A DNA stretch of 64,000 nucleotides from Eledone cirrhosa (GCA_964016885.1 OZ024740.1:70804001-70868000); one strand, 5' to 3'; positions 28,269 to 40,910 are shown, counted from the first letter of the stretch. A program made the numbers and translations. The notes: generated by a model not told the origin, from the letters alone.

Positions 28269-28269
28269 A

Positions 28270-28430
28270 TCGTTAAAAGTTTCGTCGAAGAAATCTGTCT
28301 TCTTATAGATGTCACGGCTCCAACTGATAAAAACACCTCTCAAAAATCATTTGAGAAACTCGGTAAATAGAAGGACTTTGAAATAGAAATTATTAGAATT
28401 TGGTATATCAAAACATTACCTGTATTATTA
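28270..28430 (+). pseudogene. R4/Dong-type restriction-like endonuclease relic
   Basis: Reads CLLIDVTAPTDKN...EKLGK*KDFEIEIIRIW; probably continues left of the SINE at about 27850-28085. Confidence 0.6.
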
Positions 28431-28438
28431 ATAATATA

Positions 28439-28627
28439 GGGCGGTGGATTGGCAGTATCGGTAGAGGGTCGGACGTCATCCTTTGACGCATAGAGTTACG
28501 GCCCTTTCCATTCTGAATTCAAATCCCGCCGAGGTTAACTTTACCTTTCATCCTTACGGGGTCGATAAAATAAAGTACCAGTAATGTACTGGGTAATTGC
28601 TGGCCTTGTGCCAAAAGTAGAAACAGT
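28439..28627 (+). mobile_element. SINE family A
   Basis: Full-length match. Confidence 0.92.
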
Positions 28628-28642
28628 TATTATTAATGATAA

Positions 28643-28795
28643 TAATTGTTTCTAATTTTGGCACAAGGCCAGCAATTACTCCGTAAGGATGAAAGGCAAA
28701 GTTAACCTCGGCGGGATTTGAACTCAGAACGTAAAGGGCTATAACTCGATGCTGCAAAGCATGGTGTCTGACGCTCTACCGATATTGCCAATCCA
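28643..28795 (-). mobile_element. SINE family A with internal deletion
   Basis: Reverse-complement match lacking the GTCGATAAAATAAAGTACCAG segment. Confidence 0.88.
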
Positions 28796-28849
28796 AAATA
28801 ATTATAATAATAATAATGGTTTCTTTATGAACCACACAAGCTGACGGTA

Positions 28850-29095
28850 TTTCCCTTCCTCTAGAAATTATCTCGAATTAGCAATGCTCCCTGGTAGCAC
28901 TGCCAGGTCAGAGATTTCTGGAAATTATCCAGGAGTCCTGGACCGCAATTCCTCTAGTTGATTTTCATCGATGCCCAGAGTCGCCCCGAGAACGTCATCG
29001 CTTTTACCCTCTCCTAATTCTCTATAGAACGCCAAAGTGAAATTTCTAAAGCGTACAAAGCGCTCGCAGCCCTCTGCTAATCGGACAGTACTATC
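28850..29095 (-). pseudogene. Tx1-clade LINE ORF2 fragment
   Basis: Homologous to about 60470-60700 (FYR...DD.LG..LG..E..L; DNFQKSLTWQCYQGAL). Confidence 0.75.
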
Positions 29096-29269
29096 AGTGG
29101 AAATGAATTGACGCTTAATACTATTGAGCAGATCATAATCAAGCTAAGGCTCGTTTCCTTTTTGTTTTGTTTAAAATGTCACGAAAAACTGAAGTGATAG
29201 CGGCATCTTTCTGATGCGGCTATCACTTCAGTTTTTCGCGACATTTTAAAGCTATTTTTAGCTATTCTT

Positions 29270-30335
29270 TTACATTGGGCATTGGCCAAATACCCGTATG
29301 GTCACTCAACCTCTGACTGGATCGTAATTTTTCCTCGTTTTACAATCAAATGGGAATAGTTATATTGACCATCCTATATCCTTTGAGAATTTCCTAATCA
29401 TGTCAAGGTTAACCTTTATCTCATTCATATTTTTGGCCTATACTTTCAGTAATTCCCCCAAAAGCTATGTATCTGGCGAGTGTTTCCTTCTAGTGGATCA
29501 ACTAAATTCTTAATGGACGTAGGTTCACTGCAAGTATAAAAATCATTGTCTTGAATTATATCCCTGCGATACTATTTGAAGCTATGCAGTCACTTTCTGT
29601 CTTTAACTTCGGGGTTGTATTTCAAAATAAAGTCATGTTGTCTATGGCTTTGATTATTTTCTCTGGAGCTTTCCCACATCTGGCATCCACGAGTAGGTAA
29701 CAGAATCGAATGTTTTCTTGTAATTGATCTAAAATACAATCAAATTTCTCCTCTGTTGTCGCGCCTTTGACATTGCAGTTTTAGTCATTAGAAGTTGCTC
29801 AGCACATTTCCAAATTTCTTTCTTCTCAGCTGCTTGTATGGTTGTGATGATATTGTTACTGCCACAGCGATGCCGGAGTATTAGATTCAAACATATTATG
29901 TATAATATATACGCTACGTTCTTATATGCATTTGACTTATAGTCCTTTATCATATGTGTGGTTTTCCATTTTGTTATCAGACTTTTTTCTATAACACCAA
30001 ACAGCTTGGCATATTTATGCCGCTACCAATAGATCGCTCGTAATAGTTGATAAGATACTCCCGATAGAAAATCAGTCTTTATACCAGTAACCCATAATCT
30101 CTACCTGGAGCTTTACTTTCCTGGAGTTTTTCTATCAGAGTAACCAGGATATCACAATTGATATTGTATTTGGTATTATGTAGAGCCATAGCCTCTGTTT
30201 TATTACTTCTAATTAGATTCCAGCCTGGTGAAATTCATTTTTGTCGTTCCAGATTTTTCTCCAGAATGAATCCGTATCTTCCTGAGAAGGAGACTCTGTG
30301 GACTGTTGCTTGATAACAACTAGATTACAATCAAG
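29270..30335 (-). pseudogene. R4/Dong-type reverse transcriptase relic
   Basis: FWRKIW, CAEQLL...RRNL...*INYKKTFDSVTYSW (cf. WIDYKKAFDSVPHSW); many stops. Confidence 0.75.
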
Positions 30336-30518
30336 TGCTTCAATAAGTACAATAGAGATGTGAAGTATATACATATATATATAAATGTGTGGGTGTGTGA
30401 GTGTAAGTGTGTGTATGTGTGTGTGTGTGTTTATAAGCAAAGCATATTTGTATGTATGTATGTATGTATGTATGTATGTATGTATGTATGTATGTATGTA
30501 TGTATGTATGTATGTATG

Positions 30519-31128
30519 TCAGGTCACCAGTTGGTGCTACTGGTAACATGTATCCCAGTACAACCTGTCCCATGGTCGGGTCGTTGGCGACTAAACTGGC
30601 AACCCCACCAAGGTTTCTTGGTGAGGAGGGTGACTTTGGACATCCTGCAGGACTAAAAACAAAACCTGTCAAAGGGCAAAGGAGCTCTTAAGAGTCAATG
30701 GCCATCCAAAATCACCGGGAGAGATGACCCCTTAGCCTTTGTCAAGGCAGAATTCTAGGAGAAGGAAAACTCTGATATAACACCTGCAACCCTGATGGTA
30801 TCCAATGATGTTGACTTGTTCTTCTTTTTGGTAAATATCATCTTGGTTAAGAGAGTGGGACTGGCTTTGTGCAGTGCCTTTGCTCACTATAAAAGCTTCA
30901 CGGCACAGGCATTGCTTTATATCTGGAGATCTCTCTGCACTTGTCGTCACATGGTACCATGGGCCCAGCACTATGTGTCAGTAATTGTCACAAGTGTAGT
31001 GTTTGTACCAGAGTTTTCAAGTCGCTGGTTGGACTAAAAAGTCACACTCGTTCAGCGCATCGGTAGGGGTTCTCCTACATGGATATAAAGTAGTGGCCGT
31101 ACTCGAAAACGAGTTGGCAGCCACCATG
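30519..31128 (+). mobile_element. Non-autonomous RTE-derived bipartite element, longest copy (about 610 bp)
   Basis: RTE-like 5' UTR motif CTAGGAGAAGGAAAACTCTGA; 3' part encodes [25 protein letters not shown] (30989-31066); 3' stem-loop; (TATG)n on both sides. Confidence 0.8.
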
Positions 31129-31147
31129 TATGTATGTATGTATGTAT

Positions 31148-31335
31148 GGTTTTATAATTTCACAAAGTTTTACCAATAGAGAGAGTCAGTTTCTAACATA
31201 GTTACAAGACTCTCTCATTGGAATTTACACATCAACTAGGTAGATATGTATGTCTGCATCCATGCATGTGTGTGCAGGTATGGATGTTATTGTATGTGTG
31301 GATGTGGATGTTTTGAGTTATATGTATGCTTTGTA
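31148..31335 (-). mobile_element. 3' UTR fragment of the R4/Dong-type element
   Basis: Homologous to 47820-47980 and 48855-49020; bounded by (TATG)n. Confidence 0.75.
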
Positions 31336-31417
31336 TCTGTATGTATGTATGTATGTATGTATGTATGTATGTATGTATGTATGTATGTATGTATGTATGT
31401 ATGTATGTATGCATATG

Positions 31418-31712
31418 AAGGACCCCTAGCCTTTGTCAGGGCATTCTTCTAGGAGAAGGCAACTCAGGAAACTGGTATAACTCCAACATAAACCCCGTGA
31501 CTCAGTAATTACCGATGATGTTGATCTTTTCTTCTTTTCGGATTATAGCCACTGTCGCTCAGAGAGTGGGACTGGCTCAGTGTACAGTCTTTCCTCACTT
31601 TAAAAAATATCTTCACGCACAGGCATTGAACGATAGAATTAATTAATAATTATTAATAATGGTATAACGTGCAATGGCAATACTCTATAACGAGGAGGCA
31701 GCCATCACCATG
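31418..31712 (+). mobile_element. Divergent member of the RTE-derived non-autonomous family
   Basis: TAGCCTTTGTCA...CTAGGAGAAGGCAACTC...GAGAGTGGGACTGGCT...GGCAGCCATCACCATG. Confidence 0.7.
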
Positions 31713-34473
31713 TATGCATGTATTTATGTATGTAAGTATGTATTTATGTTTGCTACTTGATTTAATTTTGAAAATTGCGTAATGTATACTTGCGTGCATG
31801 TACGCATGCATGTATGCATGTACGCATCTGTGTATGCATGCATATATGTATACATATGTATACATACATGCATGTATGTATACATGCATACATATATGTA
31901 TGCATTTAAGTTTGTCTTCACACGTATTTATGTGTGCCTTCACACGTATGTTTGGTGTAAATATGTAATTGTATCATTGCGTGGGTGAATCTCTGTGTTT
32001 TGACTTAAGTATGTGTAGACATATATATATGATTGTGTGCCAATACGTGTCTATATGTACATACTACATGTTAATGTTTTACATATTTTTACAGGTCCGG
32101 TAATGGCTTGTAATTGTCTGTTTGTATGTATATATGTATGTACGTATACATGTATGTATATATATATATGTATGTATGTATGTTTGGTTATGTACCTACG
32201 TACGTGTGTATGTATGTATGTACGTATATATGTATTTGTGTATGTGTATGTATGTATGTATGTATGTATGTATGTATGTATGTATGTATGTATGTATGTA
32301 TGTATGTATGTATGTATGTATGTATGTATGTATGTATGTATGTATGTGTCTAAGTGTCGAGATATTTACTTACAATATAAAATTAAACCGTTTCTTATGT
32401 TGGAGTTGTTGTTTTTATACAGGACAGCAAACTCTGGTAGAACTTTAATAATAGCATCAAGAAGTGTTAATGACTTCCTCTAAAAGACATACAGACATTC
32501 AACATCCTGTGTAAGTTGATGTTGGACAAGAGAAGCAACTAATGTTGGTGTCAACTTGAACACCACAGCAGTGGAGGTGAATTTTATTTAAATGATGAGA
32601 TGAAGAAAAAATCGTGCCTTTTCCGGTTATTAATTAAGAAGACATGGCAATGAATTGACAAAGTCGTTTAGAACACCGGGTAGAATACTTCGTGGTATTC
32701 ATTCCGACATTCTCGAATCTCGTTAAGTTTATCTTTTTGAGGTCGATAAATAAAATACCAGTCAAGTAATGGGGGTCTCTCTCTCTCTCTCTCTCTCAAG
32801 AAATTGGTTATGTTCAGACCTGAAGAGTGATAGGCTCCGCCAGATTTAGAACGTCATATTGAACTTTTCGCGGTATTCGTTCCGGTTCTCTGCGGTCTGT
32901 TGAGTTCATATCCTTTATATATTTGATAGAATCGATAGAACATCGAACACAAAGGCTTTGCGATATTTAGTCGTGACCGTTTACCCCACTTAAGTCTACT
33001 TTGCTTCTCAATCTTCCAAGTACCGATATAATAAGTGCTATGTTCAGTCTTTTTGTTATTTTTATTTTCATTTTTTACTATATTCCTAGACCTCTCCACT
33101 CACCGTTACTCCGTGTAAAATGTTGTGTGGCCTTCTACCTAAGTCGGAATCCAATTTTAAGAAGATTATAGATTTCTGATACTGTGCTGTTGTTACACTC
33201 TCAAAAACATCCCTACCCACCAAAGGCCGTTTGGCTGATTTATAAAGACCTTTTCACCAGTACTCTACAGGTTCATAAACACATCGTCTATATCTCTTCT
33301 ACAGACACTATAAAAGTTTCTACTCATCTGAACAAACAAAGTTGCTGATTACCTCCACGCCTTCGATGCACCTATTGTTCTTTCTCTTATCATAATTAAT
33401 GTCTATTTAGCAATAATTTATTATCACTAGTGAGGGTACGTGGCTTAGTGATTATGGTGTTGAGCTCACAATTGTAAAGTTGATCTTCCACAAAACACCT
33501 TGCCCAGGTTTATGCCCTGGGGGGAAATTTCCATGTGTAAGTTTATGGTCAGTCATAACCAAAGTTGGGAAGGGGCTCTTTACGATTTAATAAAATTACT
33601 ATTGAAACTATACGCCTTAAAAAAAGAGGGAAAGAAAATTTAGAACAATATAAAATATGTCATCACAATATCTGAAATCCAGGAATGACAGAAACAAATG
33701 ATAGGTTGGCTCTAGTGGAGTTGACCTTGGGCTTAACAAGCTCAACATCAATAACAAACCGTACAAGATCCAGTGAAAGAGTTCTAGAAATATCAGAATA
33801 ATCACCCTAAAATAAGTCTCTACCTTCTTAAAAAAGAAACAAGGACACATTGGACAATTTTATTGTAAGGTGTGGTTACAGTTTAATGCTATTGATCATA
33901 TGTTTACTCAATCGGAGTCGACCCGTGGCTAAACAACAGCTACTATAAACCATACAAAACTATAATTAAAAGTCGTTGTCGATAAAATAAAATATCAGTA
34001 CTATATTAGAGTATTTTAAGTTGACGATAACACCATTACTACAAATGTTGGCCTCCGTTTATAGATGAATTAGCCGTTGGCTCAGCGAAACTCGAGTACC
34101 AGTCAGCAAAGATACATATGATAAATACGACTCTGTTCAGAGCCAACGCCTGCGTAATTAACGTCCTAGGCGAGCTAAAAATTATGCGTTTCCTTTTATC
34201 AATTATGCATCTAATTCTCCCAAATAAAATAATTTCAACTTACAATTTGGGAAGCTAACCTAGTTTTTTATGTTCTTTCTCTGACCATAAAGTTACTAAG
34301 CCTGTATTTATACAGGTCACACTTACCCACGCCAAATCATGTAACAGATCAAAACACCATACGATCCTCTCCATCTGTTTAGATATTTCAACAATGCTAC
34401 TAAGCAGCAAATCTGTTTACAGATTTATTTATTGATTGCAAAAAATTATTGTATATTTACAAATTTGCATAAT

Positions 34474-34661
34474 ATTGTTTCTACTTTTGGCACAAGGCCA
34501 GCAATTTTCCAGTGTATTGCTGGTACTTTATTTTATCGACCCCGTAAGGATGAAAGGCAAAGTTAACCTCGGCGGGATTTGAACTCAAAATGGGTAGGAG
34601 CCGTAACTCTATGCGTCAAAGCATGGCCTCCGACCCTCTACCGATACTGCCAATTCCCCGC
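34474..34661 (-). mobile_element. SINE family A
   Basis: Full-length match. Confidence 0.9.
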
Positions 34662-34946
34662 CATACTAATATTGTGATCTTTTAAGGTTTAGTAATGCGC
34701 CTCTCTGAGGTCTGCGCCCTAAGCGGCTGCCTAGTTGACTTTAATGGTAGCGTCGGTCTTTACTCTTCTACATGACTGTAGTCATCCCATCAGTAAATGT
34801 TTATTGTTATTTTTATACCTATAAATCCTCAACCAAACATTAAAACTGGTAGGCAAAGGGACATTAATCTGGTCCCGTCAATGATTTAAGTGTGTGTGCG
34901 TGTAATACGTGCTTATATTAATATCTAGCAATATGTGTATGAATGT

Positions 34947-35084
<138 letters not shown>

Positions 35085-35247
35085 AACGTGAATTGCGCTT
35101 GTATTTCGATCAGACTATATGTATGTATGCATACATATATAAACATACATACATACATGCATGCATGCACACATACATACATACATACATACATACATAC
35201 ATACATACATACATACATACATACATACATACATACATACATACATA

Positions 35248-35720
35248 CTAAAAAAGATAGCCCCGATAAAAAACACATTAAAAGCTACAGCAATGTACAT
35301 AATATGAAAGAGTACTGGTGGAATGTTCCAGTAAAAACCCCAATAAAATGCAGGCATAACAGACCAGATATTATGATATGGGACAGGGAGAAGAAAGCAT
35401 GCACAGTAGTGGAAATTAGCTGCCCAGCAGATGCCAATATAATATCAAAGATTAGCGAAAAGGAGAACATTTATGCAGAACTGATGAGAAATCTGCAGAT
35501 ACTCCACTCTGATTACACCTTCAGATTTATGCCTGTGATTATTGGGGCACTGGGGTATGTTAGTAACTGCCTCAATACAAATCTTGAGAAGCTAGGCTTC
35601 ACAGGAACAGAAAGAACACAACTAGTTAGGAAATTACAAGTACAATCCATTAATGGAACAGTAAAAATATGTAAAACATTCCAAAAATGTTGCATCTAAT
35701 AACTGCATATACACATGCAA
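35248..35720 (+). pseudogene. R4/Dong-type restriction-like endonuclease, 5'-truncated copy
   Basis: EYWWN...HNRPDIMIWD...VEISCPAD...PVIIGALG; starts directly after (CATA)n. Confidence 0.88.
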
Positions 35721-35939
35721 AGCAAGTGCAGAGAGATCTCCAGATATAAAGCAATGCCTGTACCGTGAAGCTTTTATAGTGAGCAAAGGCCCCGATGGTA
35801 TCCAATGATGTTGACTTGTTCTTCTTTTTGGTAAATATCATCATGGTTAAGAGAGTGGGACATACATACATACATACATACATACATACATACATACATA
35901 CATACATACATACATACATACATACATACATACATACAT

Positions 35940-36454
35940 ACATGGTGGCTGCCAACTCGTTTTCGAGTACGGCCACTACTTTATATCCATGTAGGAGGAC
36001 CCCTACCGATGCGCTGAACAAGCGTGACTTTTTAGTCCAGCCAGCGACTTGAAAACTCTGGTACAAACACTACACTTGTGACAATTATTGACACATAGTG
36101 CTGGACCCATGGTACCATGTGATGACAAGTGCAGAGAGATCTCCAGATATAAAGCAATGCCTGTGCCGTGAAGCTTTTATAGTGAGCAAAGGCACTGCAC
36201 AAAGCCAGTCCCACTCTCTTAACCAAGATGACATTTACCAAAAAGAAGAACAAGTCAACATCATTGGATACCATCAGGGTTGCAGGTGTTATATCAGAGT
36301 TTTGCTTCTCCTAGAATTCTGCCTTGACGAAGGCTAAGGGGTCATCTCTCCCGGTGATTTGGATGGCCATTGACTCTTAAGAACTCCTTTGCCCTTTGAC
36401 AGGTTTTGTTTTTAGTCCTGCAGGATGTCCAAAGTCACCCTCCTCACCAAGAAA
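35940..36454 (-). mobile_element. Non-autonomous RTE-derived element
   Basis: Near-identical to the reverse complement of about 30613-31128; (CATA)n on both sides. Confidence 0.88.
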
Positions 36455-36829
36455 CATACATACATACATACATACATACATACATACATACATACATACA
36501 TACATACATACATACATACATACATACGATGGGTTAATGTGTGATACGTGCCTGTATTACTGACCCGCAATGTATGTATGTATGTATATAAGTATATACC
36601 ATGTATGTATGCATTGTATTATATGTGTGTGGATGTGCATGTGTGCGTGTGCATGTGCATGTGGAGTATACATGTGATTTTATGTCTATGGTGTATCTAC
36701 GTATATTTGTACAATGTATGTCTATATTTGTGCCTGTAAACCTATGCCAATATGTCTCTGAGTGTATTAGTATCTGACCGAAACTTGATAAACGTGGTAA
36801 ATCGCGAGGATAAATATTACTCGCAAATG

Positions 36830-36915
<86 letters not shown>

Positions 36916-36920
<5 letters not shown>

Positions 36921-37700
36921 AGTTAATATAAATTAATATATATGATAAAACACAAATACCAACATATAAGTGTTTGTATTGTAAATGACTAAGTTAGCTA
37001 GATTGAAAGATACTAATTATAATAATACAGTTTGCCTGTCTCGATTTAAAATAATAAATCAATAAACGATATTGGCAAAAGGCCGTGGTACTTAGACAAA
37101 TTTAAATTTCAAAATCAAACCTGTTCCGTAGATAAGTTTAAACTTCAAAATCCAAATAAGTTTCGAGATGAAAAAGTGAAAGAATACCCCGTTCAGCTCT
37201 CCTCAGTAAGTACCCTGAACAATTGGTATGCTTCACTTCAAAATATTTTAAAAGACTGTTTAACACACATGGTTTTCCAGTTTCTAGCTGCCGCATACTC
37301 GTTCTGCTAGAAATAACAGCGTTAAACAGTCTTTTTAAATATTTTGAAGTGAAGCATACCAATTGTTCAGGGTACTTACTGAGGAGAGCTGAACGGGGTA
37401 TTCTTTCACTTTTTCATCTCGAAACTTATTTGGATTTTGAAGTTTAAACTTATCTACGGAACAGGTTTGATTTTGAAATTTAAATTTGTCTAAGTACCAC
37501 GGCCTTTTGCCAATATCGTTTATTGATTTATTATTTTAAATCGAGACAGGCAAACTGTATTATTATAATTAGTATTTTTCAATCTAGCTAACTTAGTCAT
37601 TTACAATACAAACACTTATATGTTGGTATTTATGTTTTATCATATATATTAATTTATATTAACTTGTATTACACGGCTCAGAAATACTTCTTTCTTTGAG
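36916..37700 (+). mobile_element. Long palindromic module (349-bp arms 36916-37264 / 37321-37669) plus short tail
   Basis: Inverted arms with about two visible mismatches; hammerhead-like CTGAGGA-GAG...CTC-GAAAC-TTA at 37379-37428; left end in (TA)n. Confidence 0.75.
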
Positions 37701-37741
37701 CTATTTCATTGTAAAGGACTGCTTGAGTTTAGAACTCATTA

Positions 37742-37848
37742 TTCCGAGGTTGACTTTGCCTTTCATCCTTACGGGGTCGATAAAATAAAGTACCAGTAAT
37801 GCACTGGGTAATTGCTGGCCTTGTGCCTGCCTAAAGTAGAAACAATTA
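37742..37848 (+). mobile_element. SINE family A, 5'-truncated
   Basis: 3' half match. Confidence 0.85.
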
Positions 37849-37870
37849 TTCTTAGTATATATATATATAT

Positions 37871-37920
<50 letters not shown>

Positions 37921-37951
37921 AGGAAATACAAAGTTAAGATGATAAAATCCT

Positions 37952-37988
<37 letters not shown>

Positions 37989-38084
37989 ATAAAGAGAGAG
38001 GGAGAGAAAGAGATACGAAGTGATAAATTACTATGTTAAAACTGGGGCAAGAGTAGAAGGTAACGAACTTATCTATCTATCCCC

Positions 38085-38177
<93 letters not shown>

Positions 38178-38226
38178 GTGTATATATATGTATATATGTA
38201 TATATATATATATATGTGTGTGTATA

Positions 38227-38327
<101 letters not shown>

Positions 38328-38863
38328 CAATTCTTTATCATGACAAGATAAAAGAAGAAACCAACATTTGTAGAAGGAGGATTATCACTGTATTGAAAGA
38401 TCCTGAATGGTCTAACACTTCGTGGTTGAGTCTCTAGTTTCAAATATGTTAAGGATCTTTGTCACAGCTGGCAGCTACTAAATTACCTAATCTATACAAT
38501 ATATCTAGCATTCAATAGAACATATAGCGCTGTAAATATCTAGCTTTGTGTCGAATCCATAAGGCCTGATGTCACGAAGATTTAAAAGAGAACCCATCCA
38601 CCACCCTCCAATATACTGCCCTAATTTTCCCTAATAAATGTTTTTACTGTTTGGTCAGGGAAAAGAAAGTCTGTGTTGATGACGCCTTTATTCAGGACCT
38701 CCCAGACTGATGGATGAGAGGGAGGGCTGGGAATAGAGCTGAGAAGTTATCCTCTAAATTATTGGTTCATAAAAACCTAGGTCCCGTGTCACACCTTGTC
38801 AATAGAGGTTTCCTCATTTCCTTCTTAGTTTTGAATTGCCATCTAGTAATGTGTCCCCATTAT

Positions 38864-39043
38864 ATTGGCAGTATCGGTAGAGGGTTGGACGCCATGCGTT
38901 CTAGCATAGTTACGCCCCTTTCCGGTCTGAGTTCAAATCCCGTCGAGGTTAACTTTGCCTTTCATCCTTACGGTGTCGATAAAATAAAGTACCGGTAATG
39001 TACTGGGTAATTGCTGGCATTGTGCCAAAAGTAGAAACAATTA
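38864..39043 (+). mobile_element. SINE family A
   Basis: Full-length match. Confidence 0.9.
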
Positions 39044-39633
39044 TCAAAATGATTTATTAAAGCAAATTATGTTAATTCGTGATTGCCCTTATAGTTGTGT
39101 ATATTGGTATTTCATTTGTTATATACACAATGTACGCTATTCTTTCCTAGTTTGGATTCCTCCCCAATTATTCCCGTGGCTAAAATTCCCTTCCTGGGAA
39201 TTAAGTTCCTCCCGTTTCAAAATCACACACAGAATCTGCAATCTGGTCAAAATGCTTGTAACGGAATGAACTCTGCATAAGGCACCTCAGGTTTGATAAA
39301 ATGGAATACCAGTTCAAAGCGGATGAATGGCAGAATTGTTAGAGTGTTGGGCTAGTTGCCTCGTGGTAGTTGTTCCAGTTCTTTATGTTCTTGACTACCT
39401 GGGAGGGGAACTTAATTTAACACATGAATCGGATAAAATGTACCTCAAAGGACAGAAATCAGCGGCTAGAAATGTGTTGGCCCTAAGAAGTGATAGAAAG
39501 AAAAGAGCACAAGAAGAAAATAAACTAAACAAGATCACACAAACATCATTTCATCTCATCAGCTCTCAAACAGTTTGTAGTTTCGCACGATATAACTTGA
39601 GAGGGGTTCATAGAATTGGTGGCTCATGCAACA

Positions 39634-39683
<50 letters not shown>

Positions 39684-39687
<4 letters not shown>

Positions 39688-39935
39688 GATGGCTGCATTT
39701 CGATTTCGAGAACTGCCATCACCTGATACCCCCTGCACAATGATGGCATGAAAAAAAACTTTTTTCGGCTTCGGCTAGCAACATTTATACACCACATGTG
39801 ACAGATATGAAGTGTTTCATGTGCTTGAAGCTTTTTAAATGAAGAAAGGCCATACAATGAACCAATCCCACTCTCTGAACAACGGTGACAGATATGCAAA
39901 ACGATGAACAGGTCAACAAAAACTAGGGATCTCCC
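39684..39935 (-). mobile_element. Divergent RTE-derived non-autonomous element
   Basis: Minus strand has GAGAGTGGGATTGG and the 3' stem-loop GATGGCAGTTCTCGAAATCGAAATGCAGCCATCATG. Confidence 0.65.
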
Positions 39936-40142
39936 ACCCCCAGTGGGCTAACCATGCACTCGGTCACCAAACCGAGTATTTCCATGTCTCCGCGCACATA
40001 TACATATATATATGTGCACGTGCACAAGTACAGCTCTTTTTACAAAATGTTTTTTTTCCATTTCAGGTAGATGCGCTCCATCATCCACTTTTCTAAAAAA
40101 ATAAATGATACACAAAACGCCAGCACCAACAGTTTTGCAAAA

Positions 40143-40358
40143 GATGTGAACATGAATGGACCTGGTATTTTTATCTAAAGACATTTTTTCCTATTCCATC
40201 CCGCTTGTCCCCTCAATCTATCTTATTTCTCATTCTTTCTTCGGATGAAAGACTAGCGTCCGAAACGTTAAGACCCTCTTCCTGTTATATCAAGCATTAA
40301 CCTAATATATCTCTTCCGTATACTATACCGATTGTGTTGTTATTTCTATTTACCTTTT

Positions 40359-40365
<7 letters not shown>
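40143..40365 (+). mobile_element. Penelope-like 3' module H1 with mutated hammerhead (40237-40273)
   Basis: TCTT-CGGATGA-AAGAC-TAGC-GTCC-GAAAC-GTTA-AGA; homologous to 12513-12730. Confidence 0.7.
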
Positions 40366-40407
<42 letters not shown>

Positions 40408-40459
40408 ACCATACGCATACGCTTTCATAATATACACGCACATACACACACACACGTAA

Positions 40460-40520
<61 letters not shown>

Positions 40521-40762
40521 TAGACAACTTTTTTTTTCGATTATTATGATTTCGCTCCAGCGCGCTTATAGGTATGATCGTTAAACGTTAAAGCACACCC
40601 TCATAATCACGAACGATGTAAACTCTTCCAGCACACATAAGTGCACACACATACACACAAAGAAGAATTCAAAACAACACATATACATATCTGGTTCTTT
40701 TTTCGACTTCTAATCTTTCAATATTTTCTCTCATCGTAATATGTTTGTCCTGGTGAAGAATT

Positions 40763-40910
40763 AATTGTCTCTACTTTTGGCACAAGGCCAGCAATTATCC
40801 CGGTGCATTACTGGTACTTTATTTTATCGTCCCCATAAGGATGAAAGGCAAAGTTAACCTCGGCGGGATTTGAACTCAGACCGTAAAGGGCCGTAACTCT
40901 ATGTTGCTAA
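40763..40910 (-). mobile_element. SINE family A, head truncated
   Basis: Reverse-complement match. Confidence 0.88.

Noticed and set aside
36916-37669. Palindromes as pure assembly or library fold-back artefacts
   Set aside because: Disfavoured because arms carry mismatches and the same arm/tail boundary recurs in independent copies, but not excluded without read data
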